A stretch of 64,000 nt of DNA from Patescibacteria group bacterium (GTDB lineage: Bacteria > Patescibacteriota > Patescibacteriia > UBA1558 > UBA10009), in NCBI GenBank assembly GCA_018818425.1, contig JAHISB010000018.1, positions 16,390 through 80,389 on the forward strand, read 5' to 3'. The translations under genes and the position numbers were made by a program. Shown piece by piece: positions 46,792 to 55,916 of this stretch. The notes beneath the pieces were generated by a model. It ran no database searches. It was not told the origin of the DNA and saw only the letters and a list, made by a program, of their open reading frames with translations. Numbering within the stretch: position 1 is the first letter of the stretch; every line of letters starts with the position of its first letter.

Positions 46792-48162
46792 ATGAAACAT
46801 AAAATAAAATTCCTTGTTTTGATCTTGACGGGAATTTTGCTGATAACCTCTGGCTTTTCCTGCAAACTTTTTCCCAGTAAACAAGCATCAGTATCCTTAA
46901 CCCAGACTATTAATTTAGAATACTGGGGCGTTTGGGACGAAAGCGCCGACCTGCAGCCGATTATTAATGATTTTAAAAACCAGCATCCTAATATTAATAT
47001 TACTTACCGCAAATTCCGCTACCAGGAATACGAACAAAAACTGTTAGAGGCCTGGGCCGAAGACAGGGGGCCGGATTTATACAGCATTCCCGTTGAATGG
47101 TTAAAAAAATACCAGAATCGCATTACTCCCCAGCCCGCCAAAGTTCAGCTGGCTTTTCAGGAAGTTAAAAAAACACTGGGCAAAACCGAAATCAGCACCA
47201 TTGTCAGGCAGATTCCCGCCTTTACCAGCTATGATATCAAAAACCAGTTTGTAGACACTGTTTATAACGATGTGATTATTGATGGCCAAATCTATGGTTT
47301 GCCTTTAAGCGTTGACAATTTGGCTTTATTTTATAACCGCGACCTTTTGGATGCCGCCGGCATTGCCACTCCGCCAACCAACTGGACCGAAGTCAAAGAA
47401 GCGGTTAAAAAAACCACAATTTTAAATTCACAAAATAACATTATTCAGGCCGGCATTGCCCTGGGTACGGCCGAAAATATTCCCCGGGCCGTTGATATTG
47501 TTTCTTTATTAATGATGCAAAACGGCGCCCAAATGATGAAAGGCAACAGCGTAAGCTTTCAGGAAGGCGAGTCATCCGGCTTTATACCAGGCCTGGAAGC
47601 TTTAAAATTCTATATTGATTTTGCCGACCCCATTAAAGAAGTTTATTGCTGGCACGAAAATATGCCCAATGCCCTGGATGCTTTTATTGAAGGCAAGGTA
47701 GCTATGGTTTATGGCTATTCTTATCAACTGCCGGTTATTAAAGGCCGCTCGCCCAAACTGGATATTGGCATTGCGCCCATGACGCAGATTCAAGGCAGTA
47801 ATGCCTCTATTAATTATGCCAATTACTGGGTAACCACCGTCTCTCATAAAGTTAAAAATGTTGATGCTGGCTGGGGCTTTTTAAACTTTGCCGCCAGGGA
47901 TATAGAAGTCAAAAAATATCTGGAAACCACCCAGCGGCCAGCCGCTTTAAGGACTGTCATTAATCAACAAAAAACCGACCCGGAACTGGCTGTTTTCGCC
48001 GAACAAGCCCTGACTGCCACCCATTGGTATAATGGCAGCGATGCTTTAAAAATGGAAGAAATATTTTTAAAAATGATAGAAGATTTTCCCCAGGCCACTA
48101 CTCCGGAAGGACTAATTAATATAATGACTAACGCGGCTCAACAAATCAATCTTACTCTATGA
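46792..48162 (+). CDS. Extracellular solute-binding (sugar-type) lipoprotein
   Basis: GFSC lipobox, GPDL, IYGLPLSVDNLALFYNRDL, PTNW.E, F..GKVAM. Confidence 0.85.
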   Translation: MKHKIKFLVLILTGILLITSGFSCKLFPSKQASVSLTQTINLEYWGVWDESADLQPIINDFKNQHPNINITYRKFRYQEYEQKLLEAWAEDRGPDLYSIPVEWLKKYQNRITPQPAKVQLAFQEVKKTLGKTEISTIVRQIPAFTSYDIKNQFVDTVYNDVIIDGQIYGLPLSVDNLALFYNRDLLDAAGIATPPTNWTEVKEAVKKTTILNSQNNIIQAGIALGTAENIPRAVDIVSLLMMQNGAQMMKGNSVSFQEGESSGFIPGLEALKFYIDFADPIKEVYCWHENMPNALDAFIEGKVAMVYGYSYQLPVIKGRSPKLDIGIAPMTQIQGSNASINYANYWVTTVSHKVKNVDAGWGFLNFAARDIEVKKYLETTQRPAALRTVINQQKTDPELAVFAEQALTATHWYNGSDALKMEEIFLKMIEDFPQATTPEGLINIMTNAAQQINLTL

Positions 48163-49064
48163 TAAAATTTATCAAAATAAGTTTAGGTTTTTCAATTCTA
48201 GGTCTGGTGATTTTACCAGGGCTGGCTTATGCCCAAATCCTGCCTCCCTGCACCGCCACCGGCAACTGCGGCATTTGCGATTTTTTGCAGACTTTTGTCA
48301 ATATAATCCGCTGGGTTTTGGGCATTCTGGGCGGCAGCGCTTTATTTTTATTAATTTGGCACGGCTTTACCTGGCTCTCTTCCGCCGGTAATAAAGAAAG
48401 GGTGGATGCGGGCAAAAAGGGCTTGATTCATACTGTTATAGGCCTGGTAATTATTATTGGTTCTTGGTTTTTGGTTAACTTAACTTTAGTTTTACTATTA
48501 ACTTCCACTGAACAAGCCAGCCAGGGGCAAGTGGTCCAATCGTTATTCAGCGGCAATGTGCCCTGGTACCAATACTGCCAAGGCGCTGGCAATGCTTTTT
48601 GCCAGCAGGGCTGGGGCGAAGGCACGCCCTGCGGCAGTGGCAAATTCTGCTTGAAAAGAGTCGGCAGCGATAATAAACCTGAAACCACCTACTCGTGTAG
48701 CAATAAAGGCGCCAATAATCAGACTGAATACGAAAATGCCTGCCATTACTGGGCCTGCCACCCGACCAGAAAGGAGTATCAATATTACAACTGCGTGAGC
48801 GATGCTAATGATTGCGTTTCTGGGAAAATTCTCGGGCCGGAATATTGCAGCGGGTCCGGCATGGTTTGCTGCGAACGTCAAGACAAGCAAAAATATCAGT
48901 GTCCGGGCGTTTCTCAATCAGAATTAAGTTCATGTTTTTCAGTTAGTTACATCTCTCAAGATAGCTGCGAAGAGGAATGCCCTGACTGGTGTGAAAGTCA
49001 AAACTGCCCTAATTATCAATGCGAAGAATCTTCTCCCTCATATCAATGTAATTGTAGCGAATAA
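48159..49064 (+). CDS. VirB2/TrbC-like pilin 1 with long Cys-rich C-terminal domain
   Basis: Signal peptide, G.TWLSSAGN.E.V..GK...IG core, >20 Cys C-terminal. Confidence 0.8.
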   Translation: MIKFIKISLGFSILGLVILPGLAYAQILPPCTATGNCGICDFLQTFVNIIRWVLGILGGSALFLLIWHGFTWLSSAGNKERVDAGKKGLIHTVIGLVIIIGSWFLVNLTLVLLLTSTEQASQGQVVQSLFSGNVPWYQYCQGAGNAFCQQGWGEGTPCGSGKFCLKRVGSDNKPETTYSCSNKGANNQTEYENACHYWACHPTRKEYQYYNCVSDANDCVSGKILGPEYCSGSGMVCCERQDKQKYQCPGVSQSELSSCFSVSYISQDSCEEECPDWCESQNCPNYQCEESSPSYQCNCSE

Positions 49065-49091
49065 ATAATCAGCTTTTAACTTTTTAACTAT

Positions 49092-49484
49092 ATGAAAATT
49101 TTTTTAAAAAAACTGCTTTTGATAACAATTTTAGTTTTATTAATTGGCTGCCCGACAGCTATAATTATAGCTCAACAAAATACACAAAATACCCAAAGCG
49201 CCCAAGGGGGCGCGGTAACCGGTAGTTTAAACAACCCCTTAGGCAGCCCTAATTTGGGGCCCCAGCAAATTTACGGGCGGCTAATCTACTCTTTTATGGG
49301 CCTTACCGGCATAGTTGCTTTATTAATGTTTATTCTTGGCGGCTTTCAGTGGATGACAGCCGGCGGCAGTCCGGACAAAATTAAAAAGGGCAGGGATACC
49401 TTGATGTGGGCAGTGCTGGGCTTAATAGTTATTTTCTCCAGTTATGCCATTCTTAGAGCCATTCTGGAAACTCTGCAGTTTTAA
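49092..49484 (+). CDS. VirB2/TrbC-like pilin 2
   Basis: LNNPLG, GGFQWMTAGGSPDKIKKG. Confidence 0.85.
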   Translation: MKIFLKKLLLITILVLLIGCPTAIIIAQQNTQNTQSAQGGAVTGSLNNPLGSPNLGPQQIYGRLIYSFMGLTGIVALLMFILGGFQWMTAGGSPDKIKKGRDTLMWAVLGLIVIFSSYAILRAILETLQF

Positions 49485-49504
49485 TAATCAGCCCTAATTT
49501 TGAT

Positions 49505-49546
49505 TGTGGATAAAAGTTGGCAAAAACTATTATTTTATTGTATAAT
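49505..49546 (+). promoter_or_regulatory. Promoter with adjacent DnaA box upstream of pilin 3
   Basis: TGTGGATAA at 49505, TTGGCA-18 bp-TATAAT. Confidence 0.5.
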
Positions 49547-49694
49547 AATATCAGTCTGACATCTAAACTATCCGCTTTATTCCACTATTTTTAGAGATTA
49601 AAATATTAAAATATTAAACTTAATTAAAATTCAATTGATTGAATAATGTCTTTAAATAAGAACATTATTTCAAATCACGAAAGGAATTAAAGAT

Positions 49695-50060
49695 ATGAAA
49701 AAATATCTAAGGAATGGACTGGCTGGCTTAAGCGGCTTAACTCTGCTGCTGGCGCCTTTGCTGGTCAAGGCCCAGATCTCTTTGGGCATCGAGTATGGTT
49801 CTGCTCTAAATTTAGGCAGCAGGGATGTTAGGGCTATGGTTTCCGACATTATTAATGTGTTGCTGGGGTTTTTAGGCATTATTGCCGTGGTTATTATTCT
49901 TTTGGGCGGCTTTAAGTGGATGACGGCCGGCGGCAACGAAGATAAAGTCGGCGAAGCTAAAAAGCTTATTGGCGCTGGCATTATCGGCTTGATTATCATC
50001 CTGGCTGCTTATGCTATTGCCACCTTTATTGTTACTCAATTGGCAGAAGTAACCTATTAA
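49695..50060 (+). CDS. VirB2/TrbC-like pilin 3 (candidate major pilin)
   Basis: GGFKWMTAGGNEDKVGEAKK; minimal size, own promoter and AAGGA SD. Confidence 0.85.
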   Translation: MKKYLRNGLAGLSGLTLLLAPLLVKAQISLGIEYGSALNLGSRDVRAMVSDIINVLLGFLGIIAVVIILLGGFKWMTAGGNEDKVGEAKKLIGAGIIGLIIILAAYAIATFIVTQLAEVTY

Positions 50061-50223
50061 CTAAAATTGATATAACTTGAGTAATAGCTCATCCTTGCTA
50101 CTTTTAAAAGGGTGGGCTAATGCTTGGATTATATTTAAGTGACAAGTGATCAACTCGGTCTAAGCCGGGTAAATGACAAATGTAAGTAATCTTGGTCATT
50201 TGTCGCTTGTCATTTTTATTTTT

Positions 50224-50688
50224 ATGATTAAGAAGGGGAAAATAGTTATTAAGATTACTCTGGCTTTATTTTTTTCCGCGCTTGTTTGTTTTACAGTAAT
50301 CGCTGGCTCGGCCATGGCTCAAACAGAGCCGCCGGCAAGCCCCGGCTCCAACGCCGCCGAGCGGGCTTTGAATATTTTAGACGCTACGGCCCAGGAGGCC
50401 AAAATAATCTCCAGCGCCCAGGCCGCGCCCACCGCTTACGGCATTATCGGCGATGTCATTAATATAATTCTTAGCTTTTTAGGAGTTGTCTTTTTGCTTC
50501 TAATTATATACGGCGGGATTACCTGGATGAGAGGCGGCACGGTTGTCGGCGGCGGCGCGACCAAAGTAGATATCAACAAGGCCAAGCAGATCATCACTCA
50601 GGCAACTATCGGCTTAGTTATTGTTCTTTTTGCCTATCTGGTAACCAACTTTGTGATTTTTAAAATTATTGAAGTCGCCGTAGACTAA
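50224..50688 (+). CDS. VirB2/TrbC-like pilin 4
   Basis: YGGITWM.GG with Gly-rich insertion, KAK..I..A.IGL; start moved to 50224. Confidence 0.8.
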   Translation: MIKKGKIVIKITLALFFSALVCFTVIAGSAMAQTEPPASPGSNAAERALNILDATAQEAKIISSAQAAPTAYGIIGDVINIILSFLGVVFLLLIIYGGITWMRGGTVVGGGATKVDINKAKQIITQATIGLVIVLFAYLVTNFVIFKIIEVAVD

Positions 50689-50692
50689 AACT

Positions 50693-51262
50693 ATGAATCA
50701 CTCTAAATTAACACTAGCCATGCTTATTATTATTTCCTGTTTGCTGATAACTCCGCTTATCAGTTATGCTGTCAATATTAGCGATGTTATTAACGACTTA
50801 GACAAAACCGCTCAAAATGCTAGAATAATAGGAGAAAACCCGGCCGAAGCCGCCACTATTTACGATATTATCGGCCAGATACTTAATTTGGTTTTAACCT
50901 CTTTGGGAGTCATCTTCCTGCTTTTAATGATTTATGGCGGCCTGACCTGGATGACGGCCGGCGGCAATCAGGAAAAAGTTAAAACAGCCGGCTCAATAAT
51001 CAATAAAGCGGTTATCGGCTTAATAATAATTCTATTAGCCTGGCTTTTAACCAATTTTGTTATTTTTAGAATTATTGATGTAACCACCAGCAGTACTGTT
51101 CTTAGTAATTGTAACCCCGCTGACTGCGATAACGAATGTAAAGATGCTGGCGCTCCGACGGGTTGCTGTACCAGAGGCAGCGAGGAGCCAAGCAGCCCTT
51201 ATTATGATGATATTAGCTGTGAATGCCAAACCGATCCCGATATTTCATTAATTTGCCAATAA
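50693..51262 (+). CDS. VirB2/TrbC-like pilin 5 with short Cys-rich tail
   Basis: YGGLTWMTAGGNQEKV; 8 Cys in the tail. Confidence 0.82.
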   Translation: MNHSKLTLAMLIIISCLLITPLISYAVNISDVINDLDKTAQNARIIGENPAEAATIYDIIGQILNLVLTSLGVIFLLLMIYGGLTWMTAGGNQEKVKTAGSIINKAVIGLIIILLAWLLTNFVIFRIIDVTTSSTVLSNCNPADCDNECKDAGAPTGCCTRGSEEPSSPYYDDISCECQTDPDISLICQ

Positions 51263-51290
51263 ACTTTCCATAAAATATTTCTAAAACTCT

Positions 51291-51878
51291 ATGACTAAAA
51301 AAATTACTATCCTTTTTTCAATTATAATCTTAGCGGGAATTCTCCTCTTGCCGGCTTTGACTTTAGCCCAGCAAACCTGCCCCTACAGTACTCTGGAAGA
51401 ATGCCAAAAATGGGCTCTTAATAAAGTGGGTGATAAAATTGGCTATGGCTCTGCCGGCGCAGTTACATCAGCCGACTTATCTTATACCATCGGCCAGGTA
51501 GTTTCTTATGTTTTGGCTTTTTTGGGCGTGGCCTTTTTAGTTATTGTGGTTTACTCCGGCATCCAGTGGATGACGGCCGGCGGCAATGCGGAAGCCGTTA
51601 AAAAAGCCCGCGATAGATTAGTTAACGCCGCTATTGGTTTAGTCATTGTTTTAGGCGCTTATGCTATTACTTGGTTTGTGGTAAGTAAGTTACAAACTTC
51701 CGTTTCTCCACCAACTTCAACTCCTCCTTATACGCCCCCAACTGCTTCTTGTTTAGATTATACTAATTGCGCTGGTGAATTTAAAACTTGGTGTGATGGT
51801 CAAAGTGGAATAACACAATGCCCGCAAGATCCTAACGAACCAAATTATCATAAATGTTACTGTGATTTAAGTACATGA
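51291..51878 (+). CDS. VirB2/TrbC-like pilin 6 with Pro/Thr linker and Cys-rich tail
   Basis: YSGIQWMTAGGNAEAVKKAR; SPPTSTPPYTPP linker; 6 tail Cys. Confidence 0.82.
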   Translation: MTKKITILFSIIILAGILLLPALTLAQQTCPYSTLEECQKWALNKVGDKIGYGSAGAVTSADLSYTIGQVVSYVLAFLGVAFLVIVVYSGIQWMTAGGNAEAVKKARDRLVNAAIGLVIVLGAYAITWFVVSKLQTSVSPPTSTPPYTPPTASCLDYTNCAGEFKTWCDGQSGITQCPQDPNEPNYHKCYCDLST

Positions 51879-51913
51879 TATAATAATTATTTTAATTAAT
51901 AACAATTTAAAAA

Positions 51914-52315
51914 ATGTTTAAAAAAATAACTATTACTCTTCTCATATTATGGACTGTTATACCAATGTATTATGCGCTAGCGGAAACTGGAGAAACACCA
52001 GCTAATCCGCTAACTATGAACCTTCTTCCTGATCTTCAACAAGCCGCTACCGGTGCACAATATGGCTCAGCCACTGAAAACACCATCCCCCAAATAGTCG
52101 GCTTAATTGTCAGGGCGGTTTTAAGCTTTGTGGGCGCCATCTTTTTTATTCTAATTATCTTTTCCGGCATCCAGTGGATGACCGCCGGCGGCAACGAGGA
52201 AAAAATAACCAAAGCCCGCGCCAGAATGACCAATGCCGCTATTGGCCTGGCCATTACCACGGCCGCCTACTTTATTACCTGGTTTATCAGCGAAGCTTTA
52301 TTATCCAATGTTTAA
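51914..52315 (+). CDS. VirB2/TrbC-like pilin 7
   Basis: FSGIQWMTAGGNEEKITKAR. Confidence 0.85.
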   Translation: MFKKITITLLILWTVIPMYYALAETGETPANPLTMNLLPDLQQAATGAQYGSATENTIPQIVGLIVRAVLSFVGAIFFILIIFSGIQWMTAGGNEEKITKARARMTNAAIGLAITTAAYFITWFISEALLSNV

Positions 52316-53120
52316 AATCACAGCTACAATCTGTTTTTTATTGCTGATGTTCTTTTTTATTACCGCCACTGCTTTGGCTCAAGATATCGGCATCACCAAT
52401 TCCTTAAAAACCATTGCCGACACCGGCGGTTTTAAAACCGACAGCGTAGCTGACGATGCCTTTTTAAATACCGCTGCCGGCGGATTAATAGCTATGGCTC
52501 TGGGCTTAGTAGGCCTGTTATTTTTAGGTTTAACTATTTATTCCGGCATCCAGTGGATGACGGCCGGCGGCAACGAAGAGCAGGTCGCCAAAGCCCGGAA
52601 AAAAATAATTAACGCCGCCATCGGCCTGGGCGTGGTTATTCTGGCTTATGTGATTTCCAACGCTGTTTTTGCCCTTTTTTATCAGATATCCGAACGCGAC
52701 AATACCGGCATAACTCCGCAAGGCCTAGCCTGCCAAACCAGCAACGAGTGCCCGGGCAGTTATGTCTGCGTAGACAACCAGTGCAAAAAACTTTGCAGCA
52801 ATGACGGCGACTGCGAGTACCCCGGCGAGGTCTGCAATACCTGGACCGGCGCTTGCGAAACCGGCTGGGGCTCTAACTGCGAAAACAATTCCGACTGCCC
52901 GTCCCAGGCGCCAGTTTGCCAGTCGTTTTTAATCTGGAAAATGTGCACCTGCACCGGACCTAATAGCTGTGAAGGAATTACGCCTCCCAAACCTTACTGT
53001 ATGGACATAGAAACACAATCCCAGGGCTATTCAGAAAACCCTGCTGAATGCGTTCAATGCTACGAAGACAACCACTGTCCCGGCAGCAGCTGCAACCAAA
53101 ATACTCATACCTGTAATTAA
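52308..53120 (+). CDS. VirB2/TrbC-like pilin 8 with repeated C-x4-C-P Cys modules
   Basis: YSGIQWMTAGGNEEQV; CQTSNECP, CSNDGDC, CENNSDCP, CYEDNHCP; start moved to 52308. Confidence 0.82.
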   Translation: MFKITATICFLLLMFFFITATALAQDIGITNSLKTIADTGGFKTDSVADDAFLNTAAGGLIAMALGLVGLLFLGLTIYSGIQWMTAGGNEEQVAKARKKIINAAIGLGVVILAYVISNAVFALFYQISERDNTGITPQGLACQTSNECPGSYVCVDNQCKKLCSNDGDCEYPGEVCNTWTGACETGWGSNCENNSDCPSQAPVCQSFLIWKMCTCTGPNSCEGITPPKPYCMDIETQSQGYSENPAECVQCYEDNHCPGSSCNQNTHTCN

Positions 53121-53121
53121 T

Positions 53122-54033
53122 ATGAAACTGAACTATAAAATAATAATCATTTCTGCAACTATGGCTTTAAGCTTTTTAATTCTGCAAAATGCTGAAGCTT
53201 TTACAAATGATTTTACAAATTATTTAAACCAGGCGGCCCAGCAAGCCGATTTTCCCGCTACCCAAGCCCAGGAAAATTTTTTAAATTCTAGGGTCGGGCA
53301 GATAATCGGGGTAATTGTCAGTTTTATCGGCATTCTTTTTTTAGGATTGACTGTTTACTCCGGCATCCAGTGGATGACCGCCGGCGGCAACGAAGAAACA
53401 GTAACCAAAGCCCGAAAAAGAGTGGTTAACGGCGCCATTGGCGTTGGCTTAACCTTGTGCGCTTTTATAATTGCCAATTTCTACTTTAGTTATTTTGAAA
53501 GCAAGCTTTTAACCACGCCTTCTACAATTACCACAGGGCCTGTTGGCTACCAAGCCGCTGACTGCCAAACCAATGCCCAGTGCCAAGACCGCCAGGTTAT
53601 TACGCCCGGCGCCGGCATAGCCAACCCGTCCAATCCTAACGGACCCCGTGTAATGTTCTGCTTCGGCGGCAAATGCGTGGAATGCAGCGGCTCTTGTCCT
53701 GCTGGTTTTATGTGCGATTCTGGTTCAGGGCTATGCTTATCAGCTGCTGATGAATGTGGCAATATTGCCAGCATTTCTCAATGTGTTTTTCGCTCTGACT
53801 GCATTTGGGAAGCTGACCCTAACGGAACCGGCTGGGAAGACGGACTTTGTGTAGATTCTTCAAGTTATTCAACTAATTGTTTACCGCCCCAAGCGCCCTC
53901 CGCCGCTCCTTATTGCGTCTACGACAGTAGCCATGGCGGTTATTTATGGGTGGAGTGCGCTAATGATAATAATTGTCCTGGTTGGCTGGGCTTTAATAGT
54001 TGTAATCAAGTCACTCATGAATGTGTCCTTTAA
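53122..54033 (+). CDS. VirB2/TrbC-like pilin 9 with Cys-rich C-terminal domain
   Basis: YSGIQWMTAGGNEETV; CQTNAQC, CVEC, ECANDNNCPG...SCNQVTHEC. Confidence 0.82.
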   Translation: MKLNYKIIIISATMALSFLILQNAEAFTNDFTNYLNQAAQQADFPATQAQENFLNSRVGQIIGVIVSFIGILFLGLTVYSGIQWMTAGGNEETVTKARKRVVNGAIGVGLTLCAFIIANFYFSYFESKLLTTPSTITTGPVGYQAADCQTNAQCQDRQVITPGAGIANPSNPNGPRVMFCFGGKCVECSGSCPAGFMCDSGSGLCLSAADECGNIASISQCVFRSDCIWEADPNGTGWEDGLCVDSSSYSTNCLPPQAPSAAPYCVYDSSHGGYLWVECANDNNCPGWLGFNSCNQVTHECVL

Positions 54034-54042
54034 TTAAAAACA

Positions 54043-54429
54043 ATGCTAAAAAAAACAAAATCAATCTGGCTGTGGCTGAATGTAATTTTCTTTTTTCTGC
54101 TGGCTAAAACCGCCTGGGCTTTTACTATTGCCAGTCCTAGGCAAACCTTGGAAAGCATCTCTGGCGGAGCTAATTTTACTGCCAGCAACAAGCCAATTCA
54201 GGAAATAGTTATAGCCATCATCTTTTTTGTGCTGGGCTTGCTGGGCATTCTTTTTTTAACCCTGATGATTATCGGCGGCATCCAGTGGATGACTTCCGGC
54301 GGCAACGAGGAGAAACTGGGCAAAGCCAAAGCCCGCGTTAAAAACGCTTTTATCGGCTTTGCCATTGTAATGATAAGCTACTCCATTACTGTCTTTATGG
54401 TTAATATGTTCAGCCGGTCAACTTTTTAA
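54043..54429 (+). CDS. VirB2/TrbC-like pilin 10
   Basis: GGIQWMTSGGNEEKLGKAK. Confidence 0.85.
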   Translation: MLKKTKSIWLWLNVIFFFLLAKTAWAFTIASPRQTLESISGGANFTASNKPIQEIVIAIIFFVLGLLGILFLTLMIIGGIQWMTSGGNEEKLGKAKARVKNAFIGFAIVMISYSITVFMVNMFSRSTF

Positions 54430-54434
54430 AATTT

Positions 54435-54848
54435 ATGTTGAAAAAAATTTTTTACTTATTTAATCTGGCTAGCTTATTCTGCTATGTTAAGATTGCCAAG
54501 GCCATTAATATTGATACTGATCCGTTAAACCGCTTAGAGTGGGCCTCGCAGCATGCCGGCTATAATGTCTATAATAAAACGCCCTTTCAGGCGGTTATTA
54601 TCACCATCATCCATTATGTGCTGGGTTTTGTGGGCATGATTTTTGTAGTCTTAATTTTAATAGCCGGCTACCAATGGATGACCTCCGGCGGCAACGAAGA
54701 AAAAATCGGCAAAGCCAGGGATAAATTAAGAGAAGCTGTTATAGGCCTAATAATTATTTTAATTGCCTGGTCCATAACCTGGTTTACAGCCAACATGCTG
54801 ATTAAATCCACCACGCCCGGTTACTACAGCTTTTTCCCTTGGCCGTAA
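54435..54848 (+). CDS. VirB2/TrbC-like pilin 11
   Basis: AGYQWMTSGGNEEKIGKAR. Confidence 0.85.
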   Translation: MLKKIFYLFNLASLFCYVKIAKAINIDTDPLNRLEWASQHAGYNVYNKTPFQAVIITIIHYVLGFVGMIFVVLILIAGYQWMTSGGNEEKIGKARDKLREAVIGLIIILIAWSITWFTANMLIKSTTPGYYSFFPWP

Positions 54849-54869
54849 AATTTAATAAAAAAAGCGCCT

Positions 54870-55916
54870 CTATAACCTGAGGCGCCCTGTTCCCGCTCCT
54901 TGAGGGCGGGTTTTAATTTGTAGAACGTGCCGAAAGTATATCCCTGAACCTAGGGATTTTGATTCGGCATAAATCATAAAGATTGAGTGATGGCCGGCCG
55001 GAGTTGTGCACAAAGAATCCTTAAAATACATCACCTCAACCTGAACTCTTTCTCCGGCCAAAACCTCAAACTCTTTATGTTTACCAGGTTCTAATTTTCC
55101 TTCAAACCCAGCTATGAGTTTTGCCCAGTAAGGGGTATTGTTTATAATCACGCCCTTTCGGCGCAGGGCCTTTTCCAAATCCCGGTCATAGATAACAGCC
55201 AGCCGATCTGTCTTAATGGGGGTCCACAAGCTGATGCTGCTTACAGAAACTCTTTTCCAGCTATGGATCCTATCCTCAACTCTTAATTCGCCCCTGACCA
55301 TTAAGGGTTGGCCTTCTAATACTCTAACGGCCCTTTCTTTGCCTGGGAAAATCAGATAGCGGAGATTTCTTTTGCCAAGCACAGGAACTGTTATAGGCCG
55401 GCTGGATTGATTATTCACCAATACTTTAAAGGCCTTTGCTGCCTTCTTCTTAGGAGGGCCATTCAATTCTAATTTACTAACTTTACCGGGCTGGTCTTTT
55501 ATAATTTCCTCCAAGTTATTTTTATGGTCAATAACTTTTTTGCCACCCTTGATTGTTACTATCTTAATCTTCAAACCTTTAAAGAGGGTCAATCCTTGGT
55601 CGGCAAAATAGCTAATCAGCAGGCCCGCCTTGGCCTTAGGCCACTCCCATTTTTCCCGGAATTTGACCAAAGCGCCCTGTTGATTGTACTCTTGCCTGCT
55701 GGCAGTAACTTTAGGCGTTATGGCCAGTAAAGAATCCAAACTAACCTGCTTTTGCGAACCGGGTCCTAGTACCTTAACCATAACCATTTCTGATTGATCA
55801 TACACTATGGTTATTTCCAGCCAGCAATCAGATGGATTGCTTAGCTCCAGGGTGTAATTGCCGGCCCAGCTGACTGCGGCCAGCATCAAGCCAATGATCG
55901 TTAATGATCTTTTCAT
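54870..55916 (-). CDS. Hypothetical secreted basic protein
   Basis: Signal peptide MKRSLTIIGLMLAAVSWA, GGAG SD, TTGACA-17-CATAAT promoter at 55984-55956. Confidence 0.65.
   Translation of the reverse strand: MKRSLTIIGLMLAAVSWAGNYTLELSNPSDCWLEITIVYDQSEMVMVKVLGPGSQKQVSLDSLLAITPKVTASRQEYNQQGALVKFREKWEWPKAKAGLLISYFADQGLTLFKGLKIKIVTIKGGKKVIDHKNNLEEIIKDQPGKVSKLELNGPPKKKAAKAFKVLVNNQSSRPITVPVLGKRNLRYLIFPGKERAVRVLEGQPLMVRGELRVEDRIHSWKRVSVSSISLWTPIKTDRLAVIYDRDLEKALRRKGVIINNTPYWAKLIAGFEGKLEPGKHKEFEVLAGERVQVEVMYFKDSLCTTPAGHHSIFMIYAESKSLGSGIYFRHVLQIKTRPQGAGTGRLRL

Noticed and set aside
48159-54848. Diversity-generating retroelement acting on pilin tails
   Set aside because: No reverse transcriptase and no TR/VR pair differing only at adenines was seen in the window
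48159-54848. Type IV (PilA) pilins or RiPP precursors
   Set aside because: No G|FTLxE prepilin motif; the proteins have Sec-type signals and a two-helix VirB2-like core, and no modification enzymes are adjacent
2063-55730. Numerous antisense or alternate-frame ORFs inside polA, rpoB, rpoC, ftsK, recA, Fic, pilins and others
   Set aside because: Shadow ORFs of well-supported genes, with no independent motifs
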